Assembly: GCF_009834535.1 (NCBI RefSeq)
Contig: NC_045696.1
Span: forward strand, 30,506,001-30,570,000
Origin: Camelus ferus
Lineage: Eukaryota
Length of the DNA stretch: 64,000 nucleotides
Direction of reading: 5' to 3'
Shown in pieces: positions 9,601 to 23,405 of this stretch. Position 1 is the stretch's first letter. Each line of letters starts with the position of its first letter. Below the pieces are notes generated by a model that had not been told where the DNA came from, searched no databases, and worked only from the letters and a program-made list of their open reading frames with translations. A program made the position numbers and the translations under genes.

Positions 9601-12279
9601 AAAAACATTTAGCCATATGAACTACTTGATGAAATTGCTTGGGTATAAATAGCTGCATTCTTGAGCAAGAATGGAAAAGATACATACGTTAAATCCATAT
9701 AGTCTATTCTTTATAACTATTCTGGTAAGTTTCTTTATCATCTGTAATCGTAAAGTTTTTGATGAAGTAAATATAAAATTGTTATCCTTTTTTCTTAATT
9801 TTAGAGTCTAGATTTTTTTTAAATAATTGACCTGTAAAAGTTACTTAATAATTTTATGTTAAGGAAAATATAAGAAAAATCCTTGAACAAACTTAGTCAT
9901 AGCCCTATTCATAACCATACATTTGGATTAACTCAACCATGGAAAAATACAGATTTAAAAAAATTATAGCACTAGAATTATTACTGGAGTTTAATTTGAA
10001 TATGTAACAGTAAATGAGATGTTTTTGCTTCATATAAAAATGCATTAAATTAGATGTATATGTAAATCTATAGATTCTCCCTGTAGATGAGAAAATATTC
10101 TTTTAAAGTACATAAAATATCACAAATGAGAAAAAATAGGTATTAGAGGATTTGCCAAATTAAACCGATCAAACAACTGATCAACATTGATTTTATCATC
10201 AGTTATATACAAGTCGTAAATACTACATTAAATAATTATCATATAAAATTAGAAAAGGCCTGATTATTTTTCATATTAAGCTAATAAACCAGTTGTGTTT
10301 TACCTGACATGACTTGAAAAATATTTGAAAGATGATCCCACACAAAATGCTTTCTAAATAATAATAACACAGTAGCAATAAGGCACAACCCACAGAGGGT
10401 ACAGAGACTAAATTTTCATCAGCATAGGAGTGAAGAATACAGTATATAATTAATAATTTAGAACTCTCTGAAAGCCCTGCGCTTGGAGTTGATTTTGTAG
10501 CAAGGTCCTGCCGGTAGACCACCTAACTTTGCTGCATGGTTTCAATGAGTAAAATTCTGAGATGCTAATGAGAAAATGGTTGAAGAAAGAATATATTTCT
10601 TTCCATATGTTGATGTACCAAGGGGAAAGTTAGAAAACTCCTATAAATATACATTATATCTGTGATATTTTAATCTGGCGTAAAAGTTATTTTTAGACAT
10701 TTAAATGGTTTCTACCATCTACTATATCCTTTTCAAAATCAATTATGGGAAAAGATAAATTAAAGCAAGACCTCCCAAATATTTGTCTAATAATATCACA
10801 CAGCAATTCTTGCCAGAACTCTGTTTCTGAGTTAGAACCAAGGTAGGTAGAACCAAGTAGAACCAAGTCAAAAGCTGCAGAGGCATGTGGTACCCAAGAA
10901 CGCCTGTCTAAACTGACAGCATAAGTTGAACATGAACAAAGTGAATGTAAGAAATATTCCAAGTGGTGCTGCGAAATATCCAGTGACTTCTGGGCAGCAG
11001 AACTTATCTGGTCATTAAGTTTTTCCAGTGGGATATCTTAGAAAAGTAGGACGTGTACATTGAGAGACTGCCTGCATCTACAGCCACAAATGATAGAACA
11101 AAACCACCACTCATAACCAGGAGGGGTAAGTTGGCAGGTCACATACTTACATTTTCATTCACATTAATGTACTGAAGTTAAATAAATGGTAATTTTAACT
11201 ATAGATGACTATTAAAAGCACATATATTCCTTAATTTACTTCCCTTATAGGACTGGATAACATGAACACTACATCATTAATTCATGCTAATAGGAAAGTA
11301 TTTTTGAAAAAAACCATACTTCGAGAATAAGTTTAATTTTTCAAAATACCAGATTAAGAAAAGTCTCATTTCTCTGAAATATTAGCAGTGATACACATAA
11401 TCATAACACTGCTAAATTAATTTTAATATTTAAATATTCTGAATCATTCTTATTGGCATATCAAGAAAAATTATATATCTTATTTATATCAAATAGAAAA
11501 GAAAAATTCAGCATCATGAATTTTCTCAGGCTTTTGCCACCAACATGGCTTTTGTAACTTCCTTAAAATCTGAATAAATCACGACAGTCTTGTGTGATAT
11601 GCAGTAAGCCTATATCTCCTTTTTCTCAGTATCATATGGATTTTAGTAGGTGTAGGTTAAAGTCATGTAAAGTAGATATTCTATAAACATCTTTGTATGT
11701 ATAAATATGGCTTTTATTTCAGAGGGCCCCTAATGTATTTCAGAATAATTAAGAAAAACATTATGTGGTGACTTACAAACCTCTTCAATTTAAATCACCA
11801 TTGAACAATACATATCTCTATAAGATATGTACTAAAAAATTAAACTTCAATAGAATCTGTCATTCATTAATTAAAATCAGTGTTTGAACACCATAATGTC
11901 ACCCAGTGGAACGTAACACCTTAGATTCTGATTTTCTATCACCATAAATTTGAACAATATTATTTGAAAATCAAGACAATTTTTGTATATAAGTGACAAA
12001 TCAAAAGAAACATTGGATGTTAAAACTCCACAAATGGCATAAGATACTGTAATTTTAATCAACTAGATTACTTTCTTAAATTCTTTTTAAAGTTTGTCAA
12101 ACATAGGGAAACCTAGAAAAGTGTGGTGACTTGCCAAATATACAAAACATACATGCTATTTATTTTTTTCCATGTGAGTTATGAAAAAAAAAACTATTTA
12201 TAAGCTGTAGGGTAAACAGTGGTTCGTCCAAAATTCCAGAGACACGCACTTGTTCTTTCTTTGCTAAATTTTTGACTCT

Positions 12280-12460
12280 TCATTCATCACATATTTATTG
12301 CACACTAAAATTTCCAAGGGCTAACAGCTTAACTAGGGATACAAAAGAATACTAAATAACACTTACTCTCCATAAATAGAATGACAATTAAAGTGCCACA
12401 TAGTTTGCATTGGGATAGAAGTGTTCTGAAAGCTCCAAGGAGAGTTCTTTGAACCAGACC
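12280..12460 (-). mobile_element. L2 3'-end fragment
   Basis: CATTCATCACATATTTATTGCACACTA resembles the antisense L2 tail. Confidence 0.45.
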
Positions 12461-12879
12461 AAAGATGAAGAAACAGGCTTTATTGAATGTATGTGTGTGT
12501 GTTTTTTTCCTAAAATGTTTATTTTTTTTATAATTCACATCTGCAATCCTCAAATGTTGTCCGTTAGAAGATAAATATTGATGAGATGAGGACTACTCAT
12601 CTTCTGACCACTGAAGTCACTATCTTGCTGGCTTACAGCTAACTCCTCTGCACTTCCTACTAATACAACAAAAGCAGTTTTCTGATCCCCCTTAAGGGCA
12701 CACTGTCCACCTGAGATCTGGATTTCACACTGGCTAGTCTGGAAACATTGTGTATAACCTGCTTCACTTTCTGTTGCTAACAAAAAATTCTCATCTACAT
12801 GGAAATGTGTGTTAATCCTACTACCTTGAAAAAAAAAGAACTTTTCTTGATCCTGTGATCCCCTACATTCCACGTGGAC

Positions 12880-14255
12880 CCCATTCTCTTACTCTCCATT
12901 CATGACACAATTTCACAGCATGGTTAATATTCCTTTTATTCCACCCCCAATCCCCATCCTTAACCTTCACCTGGGGCTTTCATCCTTATCCGTCCACTTA
13001 AACGCTAACGATCTTCTTTTGTGGAGCCCAATAGTCTTTTTCTTACTAAATTTTCCCTCCCCACTTAGCTGTTGACCATTTTCTCTACATTTCTGTGAAA
13101 TCACACTCTCCTGTTTTCTTCTGCCTCCTGTCTCTCTTGCTTCCTTCTCCAGCACTGTTAAGGTATTCCTACAACTTTACATAGCATCTGTATGCAGATG
13201 ACTAATGTAGCTCCAACCTTCTTTTCTTTTTGGAGCTCTTCTCAAGCATCTCCATTTGCATGTCTGATCAACTTCTCAAAATTGACCACCTTCAACATAG
13301 ACTTGTTTGTTCTCCCTCCCATCTCCCCAGTCCTATAAAAATGCTCTTTTCTAGTCTTCCCCTTCTAAGTCCGTGGTACTGTCCTTTCCCTTGGTGCTCC
13401 AAAGAATGTCAGGAATCTTAGGTTTGCCAGATAAAATTTAGGGTACCTAGACAGAATGGAAATTCAGATAAATAAATAATATGTTGATACACATATGTTC
13501 CAAGTATAGTACATAATTAAACTAGAAGTATTATTTGGAACCCTCTATTTTTGTTTGCTAAATTTGCCAACACTACTTATGGTCATATTTGTCTCTACAT
13601 CAAATGCTAATATCTTTAAACTTGATCTAGAGTTTCATCAGCTCCAATGTAAAATACCCAAGTTCAAAACCACTTAAAGCTTGGCTTAAAGCTCTCCTTT
13701 CCTCTTGGGCTTATGCAGCAAATCCAACCCCCAGACCAAAGCCTAAAATGTGTCAACTGCTTTGATCCCTGACTCTATCTCCAATGTTAGTTAGTTCCTG
13801 TCATTCTTCTCCCTTGTTCATGAAATGCCAGACAAACTTTTATTGTGCCTGTGCCTTAAAGATACTGCACATAAATCTACCTCAGGGCCTTTGAACTTGC
13901 AATTCTTTCTGCTAGAATAATTTTTACCTCTTATTTATCTTTTATCACTTAAGTTTCAATTCTGTTCAGACAGGGGTTTTGTTACCAAGCTCTGTAAATT
14001 AGCTCTCATCCTACAACTCCTAAAGAATCTATCCTAAAGATAGATCTATCTTTTAAATGTATTTCTTTAATATTATTCTTATTATCTAAAATTGCCACAT
14101 TTTTGCTTGTTTCTTTTATTCTCTATATTATCTTAGAAGAAAATTAACTCTGTGTGCTTCCTGCTATGTTTATTCCATACATTCCTATATTTCCAGAGCC
14201 TAGACAGTCACTGATAAATATAGTGTCCAATTAACATTTTCTAAAGAAGTGAGTG
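12880..14255 (+). mobile_element. L2 LINE 3' portion, interrupted by MER53
   Basis: Pyrimidine-rich L2 motifs: TATGCAGATGACT (YADD remnant), CCTCAGGGCCTTTGAACTTGC, CCAGAGCCTAGACAGT tail. Confidence 0.75.
13419..13575. mobile_element. MER53 hAT-type MITE
   Basis: Degenerate TIRs TAGGTTTGCCAGAT / ATTTGCCAACACTA; internal AAATTCAGATAAA. Confidence 0.85.
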
Positions 14256-16799
14256 GTTTCTGAAAAGAACCTAGTTTAGCTAGGTTCACCTGGTGTCCTG
14301 ATATCAGCAACAGCAAAATATATTTAGACATTGGTAACAGAATCTTAAACAAGCACTGAAATCATATTTAAAAATTTTTATTGTAATTTATCAGATACAA
14401 TAATAATTAAGTTAACCTTATATTAGTGACTTACTAATAGGCAACATATGTGTTTTCCCTATTTACTCACAACAGTACACAAACAGTAGTTTTATAATAC
14501 AAATTTCAAAACTAAACATTCTTGCATAGTAAATGTATTACAATAGCAGTGACTTTTAGAAATCTTACTTACATTCTCCTTAATATTAAGGAAAGAGTTA
14601 TTTCTCTTTTTTCAGACTGTTTTACGGTGATAGATAAGAAGATATTAGAAGTGTATCCTCATAATTTAAAACAACATGCTAAAATGGAGGAAAAAGAAAA
14701 ACACTGCATCTCACAGTAATGAGCCTGCTTGGTACATTCATAAAATTTTATTTTAATCAAGTATAATATCAGATACTAGATTAATATAATTCAATATTTT
14801 CTACAAAATGAAAAATAATTGATACTTCCTTGTGAAAGGATTTTCAAGACTCAAATGTAAGTATATGGATTTTAACTGACAGCTGTAGTCCATAGACTTG
14901 AAATGCTGGTGGAAAGGTTGAATGATTTTTTCATAATCATCTCTTTCTCTGTCTTTCACATTACTCCATAACAAGAAGCAACATCAAAAACTTTGAAAGA
15001 AAAAAAAAACAACTTAGAAAAAAATTTCCCCCCTACATTGTTCTATTCCTTAATTAGAAAGTTGACTGACAGTATCAATCTTTTGTCAGACCTTTGTAGA
15101 GACACATACTCTTGGCTAGTGGATTATAGACCTCTTCTGATTTTCTTCAAGTTTTGGTTTGGTCAAAGGCTAATTTTATTTCATATTGAGGAATCAAGAC
15201 AATGTAAAAGTTGAAACTGATCAAAAAATATGGCTTCAGTAAATTACACAGCAGTCATTTGGAAAAGACATATACTGGGAAGCCTTTATACGTGTATATA
15301 AATACTGGGAATGGGTAGCTCATTTTTATTTTCACATGTTACTCTTCAAGAAAAGTCATTAGCATACTTGAAACAATAACATTTCATCAGGGGAAAGCCT
15401 TTTCAGTGTAGAAATTGGTGGTTTAATAGGCAGCCCTCAGGCAGACCCACCAGACAGACAGGAACACAAAACTTGCAACATATTCCTTAAAAAAAATTAT
15501 GCTTTCTGAAGAAGATATTTCCATATATAGAGATTTGAGGCCCATAGAAAAAAATATGAATGCATATATGGAGGCTAACTATGGAATCCAAATGCAAAAT
15601 TTCTGAAAAGAATCTGAAGTAAATGTTTTCTAAAGTCTGTATAGCCTGAGGCACTAGTTGAAGACAGCTTATGGTTTACCTGCTGGTATGTATTATTCAC
15701 CTCTTTTTCTAAAAACTAATTTCTGGTTTTTTTTCACTAGTTGTATGAAACATTCAGTATTATTGGGGATACCCTATAATTTAAATTTACAGACAGTATG
15801 TCTAAAATATATATTTAATTAAACTAATTTTAAAATGATATGATTTGGTAAAAATGCAAAGAACCACATATGGAGCAGTTGGAAAATAATTGGCAAAGTC
15901 AAAACTGATGTTTTAGCTCCTCTGGACTGATGGAAAAGTCTGTTTGAATTGAATTCTTCCTCAAAAAGTTTATTTTATATACATAGTGTAAAATCACAAA
16001 TTAAAAGCATGTTTGTTTACACAAATCTGTTTTAAAGTTCTTCAAAGGATTGGATGGTCTGAATAATTTTCTAAAGAGACTTTAAAAATATAAATAATAT
16101 TTGCCTCCTCTGTGCCTCTATTTTGTTTTTCCCAATATACAGAAATGTAAAATAATTTATCTACAGATTACCAAGCATTGCTCCTTCTTGTGTGGGATCA
16201 GATTTTAACACTTGTTATTTAAATAAAAAACAAATATTTTCTCATAAATTAAACAGTTCACTTCCTAATAAATGCTCAAAGTAAGATTATAAGACATTTA
16301 GTATTGATTTTCACCACTTAATATTAATTACAGTATTGGTAGGAAATGAAAGGTAAGTATGATTTTAAATATTCTAAGTGTTCCTAGTTAGGAAATAGTT
16401 AATTACATTATAATACACGTAATAACCTTGAACAATATGTAGCTATAAAAGTATTAAAAGGTTAAATTACACAATATGTTGTCAAATAAAAAGAATGGGT
16501 TACAAAGTTGCATGTTGTTCAAGGAATAGGTCACAAAGTTGCATGTACAATAATATATTATGTGTATATACATACAATATATAATATGTAATAGCGTATA
16601 ATATATAAAAATTATATGGTATATTATTTATAAAATGTATAGAATTACATTTAGCATTATTATTCAATACTATTAAGAACATCTCACAGAGCAGGTCTAT
16701 CTATACATATACACACACACATACACACAAGTATGTATGGAGTTAACTTTGAAAAATTAGGATTATTACATTTTTTTCTAAACTTTTTTTCTGAAAAAG

Positions 16800-17277
16800 T
16801 GTCTCAGGGTTGTCTCAGGGTTCTCTGTGTTTAAGCACCAGATCCCATGTCTGGCTAAGTTTGACATAAACATTAAAAAAAAAAAAAGAAAAGAAGTAAA
16901 AAATAAGAAAAAAGAAAAAGAAAAATCTTAGAAAGTAAGAAATAGCTCAGAGAATTCAAAAACATCTTTTGAACAGTGAGGTTCAGGAAAGGGACTATTG
17001 GTAGCAGGAACCTCCCACATAAATTAAACAAGCCCATCATTTTCCAGCCTTATGTAGCTGGAAAATCCCAGTTCTCAGGGTCGAGAGACACTGTTCTTGC
17101 CTGTGTCCTGTGCCCATCATTTTGCCAATGAGATGAGGACCTTTACTGGAAATCAAGACAGGGTTGTTTGTGATGAAGCATGTTTATAACAGCTCCTGAA
17201 GGAATATAGTGATGTAGATGCAAGAAAAGGGTAAAGGCATGATGGCTGGGCTGGTGAAATGAAACTTGTCCACTACG
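16800..17277 (-). mobile_element. Old MaLR LTR (MLT1K/L-like)
   Basis: Starts GTCTCAGGGTTCTCTG...AAGCACCAGA; ends GATGGCTGGGC...TGTCCACTAC. Confidence 0.55.
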
Positions 17278-20200
17278 CGAAGGGTTAGTATACCCACCCT
17301 GATGACTAAATGCTCTCATTCCTACTTCATTTTACAAGCTTATCTACAAAGATGGGTGTTTTTGCTCATTAAATTACACTTCAATTCTCAATTTTGAGAG
17401 GCAGAATACTCACATTCCAAGCACAGAATTAATTCAAATTCCCAATGAAATTATTCACAAAATAAACAGCCACAAAATATGGGAATAATATTAAGTGTGA
17501 ATTTATGCAGTAAAAGCTATAGGCTTGTCTTTTGAATGCTGATAAGTATTGTATAAAAAAGGAAGAAGTGTAATATTATTTGCACATTATGTGACTTTAT
17601 GTCCAATATATCCGTAATAATCAAGTGAAATATGAATCTAGTTAAGATAAAATCAAAAATAATAAACACAAAACAAATGAATTTCTACATATGTTAGACT
17701 GCCACCAAGAAGATGCTATGCTAAACATCATTTTCAGAATAGCAGTGGACTACACAATCCAGTGTAAGTAAAAAGGAAAATGCATGTTAAATATATTAAC
17801 TCCCCTAGAATTTGTATTGATGCCATGTAATTAAGTACATTTCACGTGCATTTACTAATTAAATATTTTCAGTTATCACAAAAATAAGACAAAATGTAGC
17901 TGAAAAGAGTGGAATTTCTGGGAGTAAGAGTGATACAAAATATAAGAAAAACATCATAGTTTTGATTACAAAAGAAATAGATAAGTTACTAAGCAGGAAG
18001 TAAAGCTAGAAAAATGTAGGATGCATAACAAAGCTACTATAAAGTGTTTAAAATAGGCACAAATAGAAGTATGTTATAACATGGAAAATGATAATACATT
18101 TCACGTGAGACATACCCACTTACACATTATAATTAGCGCTATATTTTAAGAAATCTGTACATAGAAGGAAAATAAACAGAGCAAATATCTTGAGCAGATT
18201 TTTTTCTTACTCTTTTTCATTATTCTCATATTCGAAAATGAATAAATATTCTGTAATAAAAGTTAAAAAGTCATATTAATTTCTGTGGATAAATCATTCA
18301 ACTCCTTTATAAAACAATGTTTTCTTTCTCTGTCAGGCCATGAGTTTTGTTTTGTTTTTTAATATTTTTCAAATTATTCAGAGAATAGCTTCCTGAGGAA
18401 GAACAGTTGTAGAAACATTAAACAGAGGTGTCAATACTGAAGTCACAGTGAACAAATAGTATCAAAACAATGTTGATGAAAGGAAGTTCGGCTCTATCTA
18501 GGGCTCTTGTTTATGGAAATGGCCACAAATAAGATGGATTCATCCCAGACATTTGGGACAGAAAGGCTCTAAATACCAAGGAACTGGAAATACATTGGTG
18601 TCCTGAAGTATATTTATGTTTTTCAAGTCAGCTTTTCTGAGAAATTATGGTTCATCATTAGTCATCTTGGTTTATCATGAAGCAGTGAGGTTTTGGTCCC
18701 ATTTTTAATGCCAAAGAAATGACTGCCTCAGCATTTTGCATGTAAAGCTCATATCAAAGTATATCATGAAGCATTTATGGCCATGCCCAGGGAATCAGTT
18801 GTTCAATGGGCACATCTGGTGAATGGGTACAAAGACAACAGAAGAATGAGCTGAAAGGATCAGGAAAACTTCCAACAGGTGTTGGCTCATAATGGTATCT
18901 CCCAGGTAGTAGAAAAAAAGATTCAGTTAAAAGCTGAAATGTAAATTCTTTTACCACCTCAGAGCTAGAAAATCTAACTTTGTGTATCACTAACAACGTG
19001 TTTTCCTTGCTGCAAGTTTGTGTTTTTATTTGGGCCCTCTGAAGACTGATTTCAATAACTCAACATATATTCAAAGACTAAGATCCAAGCCATTATGCTT
19101 GTTGTTTGCTCGATCCTTTGTTTTCAGGAATTCTCAAAAACTGGTAAATGAGGTATACAAAATGTGAATGAGTAGTTATCGGAGCAGTGATTTTTAAATT
19201 TGTCTTAAGAGTGCCAGAGATAAGAGACCACTGAAAAGAGTATACATTTTCTTGCTATTGGAACACCCAGTTGAAAGTAATAAATTAATGATTTTTTTTT
19301 TTTACTTATGTTTAAGAGCAATGCATTGTTACAAATTGAAAAGGTGAAAGTGTTAAGAATTTAGCCTAAGTAGTGGCTCATACAGTTCTTTTAAAAATGT
19401 AGCTCTTGGATATTCCTTCATTTATTCGTTCATTCACTTAGCAGTCATTAAGTACTCACTGCGTGCTAGCAACAGCCGCAGCAGACACAAGCCCAAATGT
19501 TAAGCAAAACACTGACTTTTAACCAGTTTATAAGAAAACAGTCCATTATTCTTCTTATTTAATTCCAAACTCTTTCATTTATTCAAATCAATTGTCCTCA
19601 CATATTTTTCTTTTGGACTCTTCTCTCCAAAAATCCACATTTAATATGTAGTATTTCTTTGAAATTTTGAACAACTTCTGAATCTAGGGTATAGATTCTG
19701 GATTTACAACAGTATGAAATTAATATGCTGCAATAAATATCTCTGTGAAGGATTTTATAAGCAGTGAACTATTGTGACATATCTCACAAGTACTAATAGC
19801 GTGTATCAGGAAGGGAGAGTTCTCATTTACTCTTCCCAGTTGTCATATTGACATGAGTATCCCCTAAGTTATTTAGAAACAATCAAATGACCTTGCAAAT
19901 GGAGACCTTCTAGCTTTTGAGGACATCTTGAGCAGTATTAAGTCACAGAAAGAACTAGCTCAGTGGGATAAAGTGTCATGTACAGCATCTGATGGACATT
20001 CATATTATCTACTCCACTTACGTCCAAAACTACTAGGCTGTCCGGGAGTGCAGTGTGGTTGCTTTTGATTTGACATGTGTTCAGTGAGTTCATTTCTAAC
20101 ATCTGGGGTGACTGATTCTATGGGTATTTTGGTCTGTGTTATTTTTCTTCTCAAATAATTACACTAGATATACATACTTGTCAATATAGAGAAAAAATAT

Positions 20201-21859
20201 ATTTTCAAACTCCATTTTACAAAAGAATTATTAGATTTCAATACCTAAACTGTTAAAGAGAATGAATACATTTTAATTATAAGAAATCCTTTTTCTCATT
20301 TCACTGACATGCGAAGGAGAATTTGTTGTTTTTATATGTAATCTTTCTGAAATAAAATATAATGTAGATTTTCTTCTTGATTCCTGTTCCTAGGTTGTTG
20401 AATTTGACTATTTTTTCCTATTGCCCTAAAAGTTATAATTTCTTCAAGCATTTCAGAAAAGGACAAGCAGAATATATGCCAATCCACTTGTCTCCATGAT
20501 ATAGAAAGATGATACATTCTTCCCTGTGTACACTGAATAAGCCAGAAATAATAATAAAAAAGAGAGAGGAAGTGTGGCCATTCACCATTACTTGGATTAC
20601 TATCTCTGAATGTGAGAAATGTTATTTTCAGTAAGCCTTCTAAGGCCATGGAGATAAAAGAAGTGGGAAGACAATATTGATACAGCAAATTGCTCTTTAT
20701 TTAAAGATGCTTTTTAATACGAATATGGCTTTATAATCTGTCAAATAAAGATGGCATGCAGAGATAAAAATAAAACGTCAGAACAAAAATGTCCTTTTCT
20801 TTTCTGTGAATAAATTTACATGTCAGTCAAGTATCTGTCAGTGCATCTGCTGAATGAGTGACAAGTCTTAAGCAAGTAAAAGCAGAAAGAGAGTAACTAA
20901 CAAGAATAACTAAAAAGGAGAAGTGGTGAAGTTGACAGTCTTGATGAGTGAGGATTCTTCTCTCTATATACAGAACGTATTCAGTTAGAATAATGCCTCA
21001 AGCAAGCAGAGAAATAGTGACAAACTACCAATTATGATGGAGGGAAATGTAAACAGAAATGCAAATTCTGATGTTTGGGTCGTTCTGATGAAGGATTTAA
21101 GAGTATGTGGTAGGATTACCTTTCCACCCATGGGCTAGTGATTTATTAACATTTCATTAATATTCATTGATATTACCATTTTCATGACACTGCTTTTCTT
21201 TTGCTGGGATCAGAGAGTGCCTTAATTTCACTTGCTTAAGCAAGATTTTGGAATATTTTGAAGAAGGCTGATGTGTTGCTTATTCAAAGCAGGGCTCTCT
21301 GGGAGTAACCACAGACGCATGGGTTCTTTTGTAAAGGCGTATTTAGAGTTCTATAATCTTCAGATTCCCGGAACTTCATGTACAAGCACAATAACACCAC
21401 CCTAATTTAAGAAGTTGTACATTTTTATTACAGTGCTCAAGTTTTAAATAGGTACTTTAAGTGCAGTTCAGGGTGATAGTCCTTTTCACTCAAAAAGTAA
21501 CATTTGATTTGAAAGGTTAAACAATTATTTACAGTTTTATATGACTTTTTCTTACATTTGAAAAAGCTCTCTTATTACAATTTAGAATATGTCATCATAT
21601 TACAACGTTTTATTCTAGTAACCTTTACAGTTAAATATTACTATTCTTAGTTAAGTCATTAGGGCTTACCATGGGCCAAGATCTGTCTGGAATTTTGCAG
21701 GATTATCTCATTCGATTCCTTTTAGAATTAGTTAAGACAATGTGCAGTTAATGAAATATTCATTCATTGAAGTGTGTGTGGTTTTTAAATCTTTAATGCA
21801 TAGTCCTTATTATTTCTTAAGATATTTTTGTTTTGATTATTGTGAAATCAGCTGATGGC

Positions 21860-21955
21860 CAGAGACATGTCGTGATCTAAATGCATTCTTAGCACCCAGA
21901 GCAGTGATTTGCAGTTAGAGTACATGCTCAAAATCTTTTTTTTTTTAATGAATAA
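21860..21955 (+). mobile_element. L2 3' tail fragment
   Basis: CTTAGCACCCAGAGCAGTG...ATGCTCAAAA...AATGAATAA. Confidence 0.45.
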
Positions 21956-21994
21956 TGTTATTTATCTCTTTACTTCCCTGTCAAAGCACCTGAA

Positions 21995-22521
21995 ATAGGA
22001 CAGTTTGGGCTGCAGTCAACGTAAATACAAACCATAAATGATTTAAAATAGCTGCATTATTTCTCATGTAACAAAATTCTGCAATTTTAGGATTGGTTCA
22101 TTGACCAGTTTTACAATGTTATCAAGTACTCAGATTTTTTTTCTTTTCTTTTCTTTCTAATCTTTCTGCTCTGTCATCCTCAGCATGTAGATTATATGAT
22201 CTAGTTTGCTTTCTTGTCATCACAAAAATGTCAACAGCTGAGTTAGGGTCATAAACAAAGATCATTCCTTTATCTGTTTTCCAGAAGGCCGTAGCAGATG
22301 TCTCCTCCTGATCCACTGTCTAGAAATGCACCACAACCTCATTCTTGTGGCATATTCCTATTCCTAATTTATCTGTTTTAGTTTAGCTTGATAAAATTTA
22401 CTTCCTCAGTCAAGAAGATTTCCTTGAAAGATATGGCTATCTGATATATAAAATAAATTTTTTTAACGAGAAAGAAAGAAGATGAAGGATGCTTGGAAAG
22501 CTAGTGACAATGTGTGCCACA
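21995..22521 (-). mobile_element. MaLR LTR (MLT1J-like)
   Basis: GGCTGCAG...TTTCTCATGTAACAA...CTCTGTCATCCTCAGCATGT...TGTGTGCCACA. Confidence 0.7.
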
Positions 22522-22643
22522 GTGTCCTCAAGTAAGCGTTGAAAAATATATGTGAAATTCTGGCATTTTGATACATTTTACAATAACTTTTACTCTGCAG
22601 TGTAATTCAACAGAGAGTTGTCTTTTGCTTCAGAGGAATTCTA

Positions 22644-23405
22644 TTTTTTTTTAATTGATGTATAGGTAGTTTACAATGTTGTGTCAATTTGTGGTGGAAA
22701 GCATAATGTTTCAGTCATACATATACATACATATATTTGTTTTCGTATTCTTTTTATTATAGGCTACTACAAGACTATACATCAATTAAAAAAAATACTG
22801 AATGTAGTTCCCTGTGCTATACAGAAGAAAGTTGTTGTTTATCTATTTTATATATAGTACTTAGTATCTGCAAATCTGGAACTCCCAATTTATCCCTTCC
22901 CACCCTCTTCCCCCGCCGATAACCATGTTTGTTTTCTATGTCTATGAATATGTTTCTGTTTTGTAAACAAGCTCATCTGTGTATTTTTTTTTTTTTTTTA
23001 GATTCCACATGTAAGTGATATCACATGGTATTTTTCTTTCTCTTTTTGGCTTACTTCACTTAGAATGATAATCTCCAGGTCCATCAATGTTGCTGCAAAT
23101 GGCATTATTTTATTCTTTTTTATAGCTGAGTAATATTCCATTATAAAATACACCACAGCTTCTTTATCCAGTCATCTGTCATTGGACATTTAGATTGTTT
23201 CCATGTCTTGGCTATTGTAAATAGTGCCAGCTATGAACATTGGGGTACATGTAGCTTTTTGAGGATATATGCCCAGGAGTAGAATTGCTGGGTTATATGG
23301 TAAGTCTATTTTTAGTTTTTTGAGGAATCACCATTTATTCTCCATAGTGACTTCACCAAACTACATTCCCACCAACAGTATAGGAGGGTTCCCTTTTCTC
23401 CACCG
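22644..23405 (-). mobile_element. Lineage-specific L1, 5'-truncated, with a different 3' UTR from the 2-4 kb copies
   Basis: Poly-T, 3' UTR and antisense ORF2 C-terminal sequence; 11-bp TSD GAGGAATTCTA at 22633-22643 and 23406-23416. Confidence 0.93.

Noticed and set aside
14036..14053. Perfect 18-bp palindrome AAAGATAGATCTATCTTT (similar short ones at 48070-48083 and 49416-49432)
   Set aside because: On the order of one such palindrome is expected by chance in 64 kb of AT-rich DNA; at most a neutral template-switch scar inside an old repeat
21365..21373. Consensus STAT/GAS site TTCCCGGAA
   Set aside because: A single 9-mer with no supporting context
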